DNA of 64,000 nucleotides from Sedimentisphaerales bacterium (GTDB lineage: Bacteria > Planctomycetota > Phycisphaerae > Sedimentisphaerales > SM23-30), in NCBI GenBank assembly GCA_963663965.2, contig CAXXFK010000018.1:100421-164420 (forward strand), read 5' to 3'. The position numbers were made by a program, and so were the translations under genes. The notes under the pieces were generated by a model, which had not been told where the DNA came from, searched no databases, and saw only the letters and a program-made list of their open reading frames with translations. This document shows positions 9,758-19,758 of the stretch, one piece after another; positions within the stretch are counted from its first letter, which is position 1; every line of letters starts with the position of its first letter.

Positions 9758-10009
9758 TTAAATATCCTGGGGTTTCAGAGTCGAACGGCGATTGGCCTCA
9801 ACACGCTGAAGGGCCTTGTCCAGAGCGCAATACAGACTGTCAGAGATCGCCTGAATCGCGTCTGAACTGCACATGCAACCTTTGGAGCGAACATAAGCTT
9901 TGACTTTGCTGGCAACTACCAGAACTTCTTTGGGAGAAGCACATTTTTTAGTACCACAAGACTTGGCGGCAGCTTTTTTGGTTGCTTTTTTGGCGGCTTT
10001 CTTTGCCAT
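9758..10009 (-). CDS. Bacterial histone-fold protein (Bd0055-like) with a Lys/Ala-rich N-terminal tail, 83 aa
   Basis: EVLVVASKVKAYVRSKG..SSDAIQAIS..LDKALQRVEANRRSTLKPQDI with the histone RxTxxxxD signature; GGAGGA RBS before ATG 10009; own terminator. Confidence 0.88.
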   Translation of the reverse strand: MAKKAAKKATKKAAAKSCGTKKCASPKEVLVVASKVKAYVRSKGCMCSSDAIQAISDSLYCALDKALQRVEANRRSTLKPQDI

Positions 10010-10534
10010 GTTTGAATCCTCCATGAAAGTAGGAAGTTAATAAGAACAATTAATCCATTAAGGGGAATTTTCTATCTTTCAATCGGCAATTTCAACAAAA
10101 AAACATCGAAAAAACAGAGAAATTGTCTGAAAAGGGCCATTTAGGGGCTTTTTGGGGCAGTTTCAGGATTTTGTAACCATAAAAATGATCTCGAAATACT
10201 AATTTAAGGCGTTTTTATGGTACTTTCAAGGTGTTTACCAAAGCCTGTTAACCATGAACCAGGGCTTTTAATGGGGATTGACGCGTCAATTGGGCTTTCA
10301 AAGACCGGATTGAGATACGAAATTCACAGTATTTTTGTTTGATTCCCAGTGAAAATGACTTTAGGCGGTGGCCTCAAGGCATAAATTAACATTTTTCTGA
10401 TAAAATTACTAAAAAACGCTTGCTGATTTGGACGAAAGAGGTAAAAGATTTATCTAGCAAAGGTGGCACACGTTGTTTTACCGGAGTAATACCATGATGA
10501 GCAGTTATATAAGCTGGAGGGCATGAGGTTGTTT

Positions 10535-10909
10535 ATGAGCTCAGATAACTATGTAACCTTGATTGTAGCAAAGGACCCGGAAGAGGCTGAATACTATCAG
10601 ACACTTCTGGAAGATCATGATATCGACGTCTACGTTGATGAAGATGCTGTCGATGAAGAAGGCGGTATTGCCGTGATGGTGCCAGATGACACCCTGGAAG
10701 ACGCGCAGCATATTCTGGAACAGCGTGACACGATTGATGAGGAACTGGATATGGAATATGATGACGAATTCGAAGATGAAGACGAAGAGGATGAAGATTT
10801 TGACGGTTATGAGGAGATTGATGAGGATGAGGAAGATGACGAATATTACGATGATGAGGAAGAAGAAGAGGATGACTATTATGAGGATGATAGTGACGAA
10901 TATTATTAA
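10535..10909 (+). CDS. Highly acidic protein: small DUF2007-like domain plus a ~50-residue Asp/Glu tail
   Basis: EEAEYYQTLLEDHDI..V..GGIAVMVP..LEDAQHIL then EYDDEFEDEDEEDEDFDGYEEIDEDEEDDEYY...; alternative start at 10523. Confidence 0.75.
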   Translation: MSSDNYVTLIVAKDPEEAEYYQTLLEDHDIDVYVDEDAVDEEGGIAVMVPDDTLEDAQHILEQRDTIDEELDMEYDDEFEDEDEEDEDFDGYEEIDEDEEDDEYYDDEEEEEDDYYEDDSDEYY

Positions 10910-10994
10910 TCAAGTCACCCCCGTTTTCGACGGATAATATATATGTAGTCAAAATAATTTGGAACCCGGATAAAAGAGAATAAAGGTGTTACCC

Positions 10995-11414
10995 ATGATG
11001 GATCAAAATGACCTGCTTGTCGATGAGCAGGAGGGGATTTTTGACGAGACACAGCAGCGCCAGAACGATCAGGATCGCCGCGCCAGTTCTGAGCGGCGTT
11101 GCGGTTTGGACCGGCGATCGATGCAATTGCCTTATGAAGGCCCGGATCGCAGGCAACAGGATGAAGAACGACGCAGCAGTTGGGATCGCAGGCGCGGTCC
11201 CGGACGCCGACGGACGGATGAGCGCCGCTCGGCCGAAGAAGGCGAAATGAGTGACGAGCAATTCGAATATCTCAAAGCGATCGAGGAGTATAAAAAGGTC
11301 AATCGCCGGCCATTTCCATCGTTTACTGAAATCCTGGAAATTATCAAAGCAATGGGGTATCGTAAGGTTGAAGAAGCCGTGCCCATAAGTACTCTCAAAC
11401 GGGTAGAAGATTAA
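10995..11414 (+). CDS. Hypothetical protein with repeated [DE]RR motifs and a YEGPDRR motif
   Basis: DRRASSERRCGLDRR..YEGPDRRQQDEERRSSWDRRRGPGRRRTDERR; compact C-terminal EQFEYLKAIEEYKKVNRRPFP..EILEIIKAMGYRK domain. Confidence 0.75.
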   Translation: MMDQNDLLVDEQEGIFDETQQRQNDQDRRASSERRCGLDRRSMQLPYEGPDRRQQDEERRSSWDRRRGPGRRRTDERRSAEEGEMSDEQFEYLKAIEEYKKVNRRPFPSFTEILEIIKAMGYRKVEEAVPISTLKRVED

Positions 11415-11610
11415 GGGTGCCTCTGAAAATTAATTCAGGGTTGCAAGCGGGCATTCCGCGTGCAGCGGGACAAGCATTTCTTTCTAAACGGCATCATAAA
11501 AAACCGTGAATATTTACAAAACTGATTGGGCGGTCCATGATTTGTTTTTAAATTCTTTATCTTCATAAGATTTTGACGTTGCGGTTCTATTCACTTTTTG
11601 AATGATATCA
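11414..11610. mobile_element. MITE-like element family B, copy 2 (right end degenerate and approximate)
   Basis: agggtgcctctgaaaat end; tgcaagc.ggca.tccgcgtgcagcg shared with 9498..9680. Confidence 0.55.
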
Positions 11611-11763
11611 GCCATTCGCGAGAATGGTATATTTTATATCTATATGATATATGGCTAGTTATGTTGTTTTTTGTAAAACTTGTTGGTTATCATTCTTAGC
11701 TAATTAATGATCTGGCGATTGGCGGTTGAATTTTCGGTCCTGTATCGGTTGTAACGATTAAAT

Positions 11764-11790
11764 TAAGTACGGTAATCCGTTCGCCGATAT
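11764..11790 (+). promoter_or_regulatory. Putative sigma-28 (FliA-type) promoter
   Basis: TAAG-N15-GCCGATAT against the consensus TAAA-N15-GCCGATAA, 44 nt upstream of ATG 11835. Confidence 0.55.
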
Positions 11791-11834
11791 TAGAGGGGTG
11801 AAAGGATCAATAAAGAAATGAAAGGCCAAGAGAG

Positions 11835-12578
11835 ATGAATGGGCAAACGGCCACTGAACAAATTATGAATTCAGACAAGGTTCAGGGAACTCAACTCTGG
11901 ATCGAACAGATTCTCAAAGATTCCATTGGCTCAGGTTTTCAGCTGACGATGCCGGGCTTTATCTTCAATCTCATCCTGGGGGCGATCTTAAGCTATTTCC
12001 TGGGATGGTTGTATATCCGGTTTGGCAAAACGCTTTCGGACCGGCGGACCTTTGCCCGGCAGTTTATTATGCTGACCCTGATCACGATGTTGATCATATC
12101 CATTGTCAAATCGTCCCTGGCGCTTTCGATGGGGCTGGTGGGCGCTTTATCGATTGTTCGATTCCGGGCCGCAATTAAAGAACCCGAGGAACTGATCTAT
12201 TTGTTTTTTGCAATTGGCATCGGTCTGGGATTGGGAGCGGACCTTTGGATGTATACGGTTGTTGCATTTGTTTTTATCGGGTTGATTATTGTTTTGCGCG
12301 GCATGCGACACGAAAAAGACGATCACCAGAATTTACACATCGTCATCCGCAGCCGACTGGATGACGGGATTTCTCTCAAACAGATCGTCGATACCTTGAA
12401 ACCCGCGTGTGAGGGATTGGATCTAAAGCGCTACGATGAGACGGGGACCGGTCTGGAAGCCGTATTTCAAGTGGAGTATAAAGATTTCGCTCAGCTTGAC
12501 CAGAGCCGGGAATCATTGTTAAAACTGGGGCAGGACATTCGGCTGGCTTTTGTTGATCAACAGGGATTATTGCATTAG
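11835..12578 (+). CDS. DUF4956 family membrane protein
   Basis: SSLALSMGLVGALSIVRFRAAIKEPEELIYLFFAIGIGLGLG. Confidence 0.88.
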   Translation: MNGQTATEQIMNSDKVQGTQLWIEQILKDSIGSGFQLTMPGFIFNLILGAILSYFLGWLYIRFGKTLSDRRTFARQFIMLTLITMLIISIVKSSLALSMGLVGALSIVRFRAAIKEPEELIYLFFAIGIGLGLGADLWMYTVVAFVFIGLIIVLRGMRHEKDDHQNLHIVIRSRLDDGISLKQIVDTLKPACEGLDLKRYDETGTGLEAVFQVEYKDFAQLDQSRESLLKLGQDIRLAFVDQQGLLH

Positions 12579-12580
12579 TT

Positions 12581-15256
12581 ATGAAGCTAAAGCGCTCCGA
12601 ACATAAAACGGTTCTGCGTCGCGGATGGTCCTGCTTGCGGAACATCCGCCTGCGATTATTCGTTCTGATAATTGTTGGACTGGGACTACTGGCGGGGTTG
12701 TTCGTTTCGGGGGTATGGGCCGGTTATCGACTGAATCTCTGGTATTCCCGTAAGGGGTTTACCGTCAAAGCCTGGGGGCGCAGCTTATTAGTCCATCAAT
12801 TGGGATGTGTCAAACATTTCTTTCAGGGATTATCCGTTCAGCCGGAACGTATCGATATCGACATCAAGGCCAAAGATATGGCCATCCTGGAAGCGATCCG
12901 TCAGGATGCTCTCAACAAGGGCAATCTGTTTTCCACCCCGGATGACTGGGTCTCGGCCCGGATACGGTATCAGGGCCAGAGTTATGATGCCGCCGTGCGA
13001 CTTAAAGGAGATATGCCGGACCATTGGTATGAAAAAGATGGCTGGTCGTTGAAAATCAAATTGAAAAATGATCAGACCTTGTTTGGTATGCGCCGTTTTT
13101 CCATTCAACAACCCTGGACGCGCTGGTTTCTGGCCGAATGGATAACCCATCGCTGGCTGGCCTATCATGATCTCATCGCGATGCGTTATCAGTTCATTGA
13201 AGTGGGGATTAATGGGAAAAATCAGTCCATCTTTGCCGTCGAAGAAAATTTCGATAAATATTTAATTGAAAACAATTGTTTTCGCGAAGGGCCCATTTTA
13301 AGGTTTAATAACGATTTATCCTGGTCGCTGGGGCCGGATAACCCACTTTATTTCGATAATTTTCTGGATGCTTCGATCGAGCCGGGTTTTCCTGAATCGG
13401 CGCTAAACGATCCCGCCATGAAAGTTATCTGGCAGAAAGCGGCTACGTTACTGGAGCAATTGCGCACGGGACAGCTGGCAGTTGAACAGGTGATTGATGT
13501 CGATAAGATGGCGTTATATTTCGCACTTTTTGAGCTTTTCAAGAGCGACCATATTGTTTCGCTGGATAATATGAGACTTTATTACAATCCCATTACCAGC
13601 CGAATCGAGCCGGTGGGTTATGATTGTGAAGATATCCAGACATTATCCTATGTTGACGGTAATTCAATCAGTGGTTATTATCCGGAGCCGGGACTGTATC
13701 CATCTCCCAATGCCTGGCGTCGCCTTCTGTTTTGTAACCGGGCATTTTATTCGGCCTACCTGCGTGCTCTGGAGCGGATATCCGCCCCGGGTTATCTGGA
13801 AGCCTTTTTCAAAGCAATTGAGAATGATCAGCAAAAAGCCCTGGCGATCCTTTACAAGGGCAATCCATGGTATTTCTATGAAGATGAAAACCTGCTTAAA
13901 ACCAATCGAGATTTTATTCGATCGGTTCTCAAAACCCCGATCGGACCGGTATGCTATTTAAAATCCTGCGATCTGGAGCGACGGCAATTAACCTTTCAGA
14001 TCAGAAACCTTGGGATTTTACCGGTTGTGCTGGACAGTTTTCAGTCAGGTAATATTCAAATCCGCCCCAGTCAGGAGATTCTCCTGTATAGTCACACCCC
14101 CGGTCCGGCAAAGCGATATCATGAGATTACCGTTGCCATTTCACCCGATATTGAGCCGGCCGGGCAGGACTGGACCAATGCTTTGACAGTTAGATGGCAC
14201 AAAATGGGGCTGACAGAAACTCGGGAAACCAAGGTACATAACTGGCCGGCAGTGACGGATGAATTTTCCGGACCGGATGCCTTGAGGGTGGATTCAACCG
14301 TCGAAAAATTTGATTTTATCATTGGCGATAAGGATGGCAACTATCGTATTCAACCCGGGCGCCATACTCTGACTGAACCTTTAATTGTCCCAGTTGGGAG
14401 AAAGCTGATCTGTGGTCCGGGTACGGTTCTGGATTTGACCACCCAGGCCATGTTGATCAGCCGTTCGCCTCTGGAATTTATTGGTTCTGCAGAAGACCCC
14501 ATTGGCTTGATCAGTTCAGATAAAAAGGGAATGGGATTGATCGTCATGGATGCCGGCGGGATCTCTCATCTGGAACAGGTTTATTTTAATGGACTATCCA
14601 ATCCTCAGAATCACGGATGGTCAGTTTCGGCTGCTGTTTCGTTTTATCAATCGGATGTCGATGTCCGGGATTGTGTTTTCCGGGCCAATCGTTGTGAAGA
14701 TTATCTGAATACCATACGATGTCGCTTTTCCCTGGAACGCACTCGTTTTGAACATACGGCCGCCGATGCGTTTGATTCTGATTTCAGTCAAGGATCCATG
14801 AAACAGGTTGGGTTTATTCAGTGTGGCAACGATGCCGTTGATGTATCCGGCACGCAGATCGAAATCGATGATATCGTTATTGAAAAAGCCGGGGACAAAG
14901 GCCTCAGCGCCGGCGAACGCAGTCGTATGTCTGTTCAAAACGCTTATCTCACCGATTGTGAGATTGCCGTGGCATCCAAAGACGATTCCGAGTTAACCAT
15001 AGCCAAGGTTGCCATTCACAAGAGCCGGGTTGGTTTTACGGCGTTTCAGAAAAAATCAGAATATGGTCCGGGCATCATCCGGGCCACCGGGATTTTCTGT
15101 AACGATAGTCTGGAAGCCATCATGCTCGAACAAGGTTCCCTGATCGAAATAGAGGGCCAGAAACAAGCGTGGACCCACGAGAAAATCCGCGATCTGTTCT
15201 ATGGGGAGCTCTATGGACGTAAGAGCGGTATACTTATGCTCGACACCGATCAGTAA
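12581..15256 (+). CDS. CotH kinase family protein with a C-terminal parallel beta-helix
   Basis: N-terminal TM; VRLKGD..H, SLKIKL, VEE, NMRLYYNPITSRIEPVGYD; DAFDSDFS/DAVDVSG/DKGLSAGE repeats. Confidence 0.8.
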   Translation: MKLKRSEHKTVLRRGWSCLRNIRLRLFVLIIVGLGLLAGLFVSGVWAGYRLNLWYSRKGFTVKAWGRSLLVHQLGCVKHFFQGLSVQPERIDIDIKAKDMAILEAIRQDALNKGNLFSTPDDWVSARIRYQGQSYDAAVRLKGDMPDHWYEKDGWSLKIKLKNDQTLFGMRRFSIQQPWTRWFLAEWITHRWLAYHDLIAMRYQFIEVGINGKNQSIFAVEENFDKYLIENNCFREGPILRFNNDLSWSLGPDNPLYFDNFLDASIEPGFPESALNDPAMKVIWQKAATLLEQLRTGQLAVEQVIDVDKMALYFALFELFKSDHIVSLDNMRLYYNPITSRIEPVGYDCEDIQTLSYVDGNSISGYYPEPGLYPSPNAWRRLLFCNRAFYSAYLRALERISAPGYLEAFFKAIENDQQKALAILYKGNPWYFYEDENLLKTNRDFIRSVLKTPIGPVCYLKSCDLERRQLTFQIRNLGILPVVLDSFQSGNIQIRPSQEILLYSHTPGPAKRYHEITVAISPDIEPAGQDWTNALTVRWHKMGLTETRETKVHNWPAVTDEFSGPDALRVDSTVEKFDFIIGDKDGNYRIQPGRHTLTEPLIVPVGRKLICGPGTVLDLTTQAMLISRSPLEFIGSAEDPIGLISSDKKGMGLIVMDAGGISHLEQVYFNGLSNPQNHGWSVSAAVSFYQSDVDVRDCVFRANRCEDYLNTIRCRFSLERTRFEHTAADAFDSDFSQGSMKQVGFIQCGNDAVDVSGTQIEIDDIVIEKAGDKGLSAGERSRMSVQNAYLTDCEIAVASKDDSELTIAKVAIHKSRVGFTAFQKKSEYGPGIIRATGIFCNDSLEAIMLEQGSLIEIEGQKQAWTHEKIRDLFYGELYGRKSGILMLDTDQ

Positions 15257-15270
15257 GTTAACCGGATAGA

Positions 15271-16164
15271 TTATACCTGATTTTTTCTGCGATAGCGGTA
15301 TTTTAAAGGGCAAAAACCGGTTTTTTGTTTAAACTGCTGGGAGAAATAAAAGACAGAACTGAAACCCAGGCGATCGGAAATCTGATTGACGGGCAAATCG
15401 GTGTGATCCAGTAATTCGCGGGCACGTTGAAATCTAAACTCCAGTTGATACTGTCGCGGGGACAGTCCGGTATGATTTTTGAAATGTTTACGAAACCAGG
15501 AATAACTGACGCAAAGCTGTTCCGCCAGTTCCCTCAAATCGATATTTTCCGTCATGCGGTCGATCAGCGTTGCTTTCGCCTGGTTAATAATCTGGATTTT
15601 TTCGTTATCGAAATCTTCCTGCCCTTTATTGGCCAGCAAATGGGCCAGAATCGTAATGGTATGGCTGGCTAACAGATATTGGAATCCTTGAGGTTCATGC
15701 CGGGCAGTTTCAACTAACTGAATAAAATGATCCATCCAGACGTCGGAGGCACGCAAATTAATAACCGGTTTACCTGGATCGAATTCCGGACAATTCATAA
15801 AGCGTTCGGCAGTATTGCCGGTCATTTCGATCCAGTATTCATCCCAACCGGTCTGGATGTCCGGACGATAACGATGCCAGATATGGGGATAGACAATAAA
15901 AAGGCAATTTTTCTCAATGCGAATCAAACCGCTCTCGGTGGATTCAAAAGTGCCTGAGCCATTGGGAATATAAACCAGTGTGTAGGTATCCAGAATGCGG
16001 CCTTTGCGCCAGGTAAAATTGTGGTCATCAGGATGCTTGGCAGGGGGGTAGGGATGCTGGGGAGGAATTTTGGAGTTGCCTACGCTGACCACGGTGAAAC
16101 CCCAGGTGCGATTGGGATCTGTTATCGGGAAATATTTGAAAAAAGTATAGGCGGGAGCGGTCAT
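15271..16164 (-). CDS. AraC family transcriptional regulator
   Basis: Cupin N-domain (WHRYRP..GWDEYW); C-terminal FRKHFK..TGLSP..LGFSSVFYFSQQFKQKTG. Confidence 0.93.
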   Translation of the reverse strand: MTAPAYTFFKYFPITDPNRTWGFTVVSVGNSKIPPQHPYPPAKHPDDHNFTWRKGRILDTYTLVYIPNGSGTFESTESGLIRIEKNCLFIVYPHIWHRYRPDIQTGWDEYWIEMTGNTAERFMNCPEFDPGKPVINLRASDVWMDHFIQLVETARHEPQGFQYLLASHTITILAHLLANKGQEDFDNEKIQIINQAKATLIDRMTENIDLRELAEQLCVSYSWFRKHFKNHTGLSPRQYQLEFRFQRARELLDHTDLPVNQISDRLGFSSVFYFSQQFKQKTGFCPLKYRYRRKNQV

Positions 16165-16355
16165 ATCATATCCCTTAAAAAATATGCCATAAAACGCATT
16201 TATAATATAATAACCTGCTTATTATAATATCAAAAGTATAAATTTTTAGAAGTATGCACAGGTAAACACGAGATGGTTCAGTTATGGTTGAATGTGCATA
16301 TAACTGGTTGATATTGTTAAGGTAAGAATCATTGCGATAACAGGGAGCTGAATAT

Positions 16356-17519
16356 ATGAACGAGTATCTGACACCTCGTGAACGGGTATTAAAAGCGCTG
16401 AATCATCAGGAACCGGACCGGGTACCCATTGATCTGGGCGGGTTTCAAACCGGAATTCATAAAAAATCTTATGAAGCATTGATACAACATCTGGGCTTGA
16501 GTGAAGAGATTATTATTATGGATCCGGTTCAACAACTGGCTCAGCCCAGTGAAGCCGTTTTACAACGTTTTCGGGTTGATACTCGCTATGTCTGTGCCAA
16601 CGGACCGGATGGTTTTGATGGATCGATTAAACAGCATACGCGTAAAGGCAGGTTATGGCACGACCTGACTGATGAGTTTGGCGTTGTCTGGTCGATGCCG
16701 GATGATCAACAATTGTATATGGATATTAGTCATCATCCTCTCCGGGATGCGTCGATCAGAGATATAAAAGATTATCAATTTCCCAATGGCAGGGATCCCA
16801 GCCGGTTCGCAGGATTGAGAGAGAAAGTGGCCAAACAGCGTCGCGAAACAAGCTACGCCTTATGTACAGGAATCGGCGGTGTGATCTATGAATATTGCTG
16901 GTACATGCGTGGTCTGGAGCAATGGTTTATCGATATACTGGAGCAGCCGGCGTTTTGTGCGGCATTGCTGGATTGTACCTTGACATACTGGAAGGATTTC
17001 TATACCGGCTTTCTGGGGCAAATTGGCGATCTGGTCGATGTGATTATGATTGGGGATGACCTGGCCGGCCAATCCGGTCCCCTTTTTGCTCCATCTTTTT
17101 ACCGTGAATTTGTCAAACCACGTCAGAAAGCGCTGGTTCAGCATATTCGTTTCATGACCGGCGCAAAAATCTGGTATCATACCTGTGGCGGCTGTAAACC
17201 GTATATCCCCGATCTGATTGACAATGGCGTCGATATTCTTAATCCTATTCAAACTAGCGCGGAAGGTATGGATCCCACTCAGTTAAAACGTGAATTTGGT
17301 TCAGATATTACGCTATGGGGTGGCGGTATCGATTCTCAACATATATTCCCGTTTGCCACCCCAGATGAAGTACGTGAGCACGTTCGCGCCAATCTGGCAA
17401 TCTTCAAGCCTGATGGCGGTTATGTTTTTAACAATATCCATAATATTCAGCCTGGTATTCCAGTGGAGAATATTGTTGCTCTTTATGATGCAGCATATGA
17501 ATTTGGATTCTATCAATAG
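16356..17519 (+). CDS. Uroporphyrinogen decarboxylase-like (MtaA/CmuA methyltransferase-like) family protein
   Basis: PRERVLKALNHQEPDRVP, DEFGVVW, GDDLAGQ, HTCG, WGGGIDSQ, GGYVFNNIHNIQ..ENI. Confidence 0.88.
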   Translation: MNEYLTPRERVLKALNHQEPDRVPIDLGGFQTGIHKKSYEALIQHLGLSEEIIIMDPVQQLAQPSEAVLQRFRVDTRYVCANGPDGFDGSIKQHTRKGRLWHDLTDEFGVVWSMPDDQQLYMDISHHPLRDASIRDIKDYQFPNGRDPSRFAGLREKVAKQRRETSYALCTGIGGVIYEYCWYMRGLEQWFIDILEQPAFCAALLDCTLTYWKDFYTGFLGQIGDLVDVIMIGDDLAGQSGPLFAPSFYREFVKPRQKALVQHIRFMTGAKIWYHTCGGCKPYIPDLIDNGVDILNPIQTSAEGMDPTQLKREFGSDITLWGGGIDSQHIFPFATPDEVREHVRANLAIFKPDGGYVFNNIHNIQPGIPVENIVALYDAAYEFGFYQ

Positions 17520-17611
17520 TGCCGAGAGTATTCATTATTTTGTTCCTAAAAGGCAAAATCGATTTAGCATTGGCCTTTATATAACACGAAGTTGTTTGGG
17601 GATTTAAGACT

Positions 17612-18403
17612 ATGAAAAAACGAACAGGTTTTACTCTGATTGAGTTATTGGTAGTTATCTCAATTATTGCCTTACTTGTAGCGATTCTGATGCCGGCGCT
17701 GAATAAAGCGCGAGAGTCCTCCAAGCGCGCCTGGTGTGTCAACAGCGCCCGGAGTCTGACATTGGCCTGGATGATGTACGCTGACGATAATGAAGGCCGG
17801 TTGTGTGGTCCACGCGGGGTGTTGCCCGCGGATACTCCATATGGCTGGGTCATGGGCGTGCTGGACGATGATACCGGACAATTCAGCCAGTATCCGGTGG
17901 ATCAATCCGAGCAGTCTCAAATTGAGGCGATCCGGGGAGGGAAACTGTATCGTTATACCAATACGGTCGAAGTTTACCGTTGCCCGGTCGCGAAACCACA
18001 GGAGATGCGCACCTATAGCTGTAATTTCGTATTGGGGGTTGACAGTGATCAGAATGGCCGCTGCCGTAAGTTAGAAGATATCAAGCATGCGAGTGAACGG
18101 ATTGTTTTTCTGGATGACTATGGCAATAACTGGGACGCGCAATGGGTCGTTTGGTATGATCAACCCCGCTGGTGGAATCCCATTCCGGCCCGCCATGGTC
18201 CCGGAACCGTGACTTCATTCGCCGATGGGCATGCGGATTACTGGCGCTGGACCGATCCGCGTACGATCGAATGGAGCAATTTAACCTGGCTGGAAGCTGA
18301 AACGCAAAGAAACTCCGGCAATACCTTGCAATCCAATAATATGGATTTAATGACGATCCAGCGTGGCATATTTGGTAAACTGGGTTACGTTGTAATCGAT
18401 TAA
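17612..18403 (+). CDS. Prepilin-type N-terminal cleavage/methylation protein with H-X9-DG motif
   Basis: [41 protein letters not shown]. Confidence 0.88.
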   Translation: MKKRTGFTLIELLVVISIIALLVAILMPALNKARESSKRAWCVNSARSLTLAWMMYADDNEGRLCGPRGVLPADTPYGWVMGVLDDDTGQFSQYPVDQSEQSQIEAIRGGKLYRYTNTVEVYRCPVAKPQEMRTYSCNFVLGVDSDQNGRCRKLEDIKHASERIVFLDDYGNNWDAQWVVWYDQPRWWNPIPARHGPGTVTSFADGHADYWRWTDPRTIEWSNLTWLEAETQRNSGNTLQSNNMDLMTIQRGIFGKLGYVVID

Positions 18404-18675
18404 TTCACCCCCCCATGGGGATGAATCCTGAGGATATGATCCGTGTCAACCTGGCGAGGCGGGATCGAGCCAGAGAGAGTTTGCCGGTTGGAATGATCCT
18501 GGATTTATATATCATACTTTAGGGGATTCAACTGTCTTGAGTGGATTTCCAGGTTCATAATGATGAGATTGGCTGTTTCCGGTCCTGATCACCTTGGCAG
18601 GGAGGGTAATAATTCCGGGAAGCTTTCACAGTAAACACTTGATCTCTGGGGACTGGATATTAAAATGGAATAATT

Positions 18676-18856
18676 TAGAGTGCCTGACGAAATGAATTTA
18701 CTACTGTGACCGGCTGCAAAAGTGGTCCGCTACGTTCTTGGGACCCAATATCCTCGACAACTTATAGAAAGGTTGCCTGTGGGGGTATGAACCCTGTTGC
18801 ATTGCTGATTACTTTTTTACTCGGTCTTGCTATAAATCATTTTGTCAGGCGCTCTG
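18676..18856. mobile_element. MITE-like element family A, copy 2
   Basis: 19-bp TIR agagtgcctgacgaaatga / tcattttgtcaggcgctct (17/19); no ORF. Confidence 0.75.
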
Positions 18857-18901
18857 AATGAAGGAAATATTGCCAATTAATTTTATCCTGGAGTTATTAC
18901 C

Positions 18902-19528
18902 TTGGAAAGTTCATTTGATGCAAAGGCTAAAGAGTGGGATAGCGACCCTCAGAAAGTTGAACTGGCTAGAAAATTCACAGATTGTCTTTTGAAGACCATA
19001 GACTGGAGGAGTTCATTTAAAGTTCTGGAATTTGGTTGCGGTACCGCCCTGGTTAGCATGAACCTGGTTGATCGAACCGATCGTATCTATTTGTCTGATA
19101 CTTCAAATGGTATGCTTGAGGTTGCCAGGGCCAAGATTGACCGTTGTGGGATAAAAAATGTGATACTCTGCCCCGGCGAATTAAATGAAAATGCTAATAC
19201 ACTTCCCCCTTTGGATGTGGTTTATTCCCTCATGGCATTTCATCATATCCGGGATATCGATCGTTTGGTCGCAGTGATTGCCCGGTTGCTTAAACCGGGC
19301 GGGATGTTATGTATTGGCGATCTTGAAGCGGAAGATGGCAGTTTTCATCAAGGAGATTTTGACGGGCATCACGGTTTTGATTTGATCGCTCTGGAGCAAA
19401 CACTGGAACAGGCAGGATTGAATGTCTGTCAAGTCACTCGTTTTCATCAAATCAGCAAGCCCGATAAGGAGGGTGAGTTTAAAGACTATCCCTTGTTTTT
19501 TATGGGGGTAAGGAAGATGCTCGCTTAA
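18902..19528 (+). CDS. Class I SAM-dependent methyltransferase
   Basis: VLEFGCGT, D.S.GML, LLKPGG; TTG start after GGAG. Confidence 0.88.
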   Translation: MESSFDAKAKEWDSDPQKVELARKFTDCLLKTIDWRSSFKVLEFGCGTALVSMNLVDRTDRIYLSDTSNGMLEVARAKIDRCGIKNVILCPGELNENANTLPPLDVVYSLMAFHHIRDIDRLVAVIARLLKPGGMLCIGDLEAEDGSFHQGDFDGHHGFDLIALEQTLEQAGLNVCQVTRFHQISKPDKEGEFKDYPLFFMGVRKMLA

Positions 19529-19758
19529 AGCATTATAAATCGCACTATATAATTAAGTCGAAATTGTTGGCATATTTTTTGTTTGTAGACTTTGGCTTAC
19601 TGATTTTAGGATATAAAAGGCCGGGTATTTATTTCAAGCCCCCAGGGATAAGATTCGATCTCACTATCAGGTAATGTAGCGTTGTGTTCACGTATTATCG
19701 GCCGTTGTGGCCGAATACGTAATATGACAAATCAACTTATAGACTGGAGAGTAGATCG

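Noticed and set aside
10927..10954. dif-like site (tcgacggataa tatata tgtagtcaaaa)
   Set aside because: The XerD arm matches TTATGTTAAAT at only about 6 of 11 positions.
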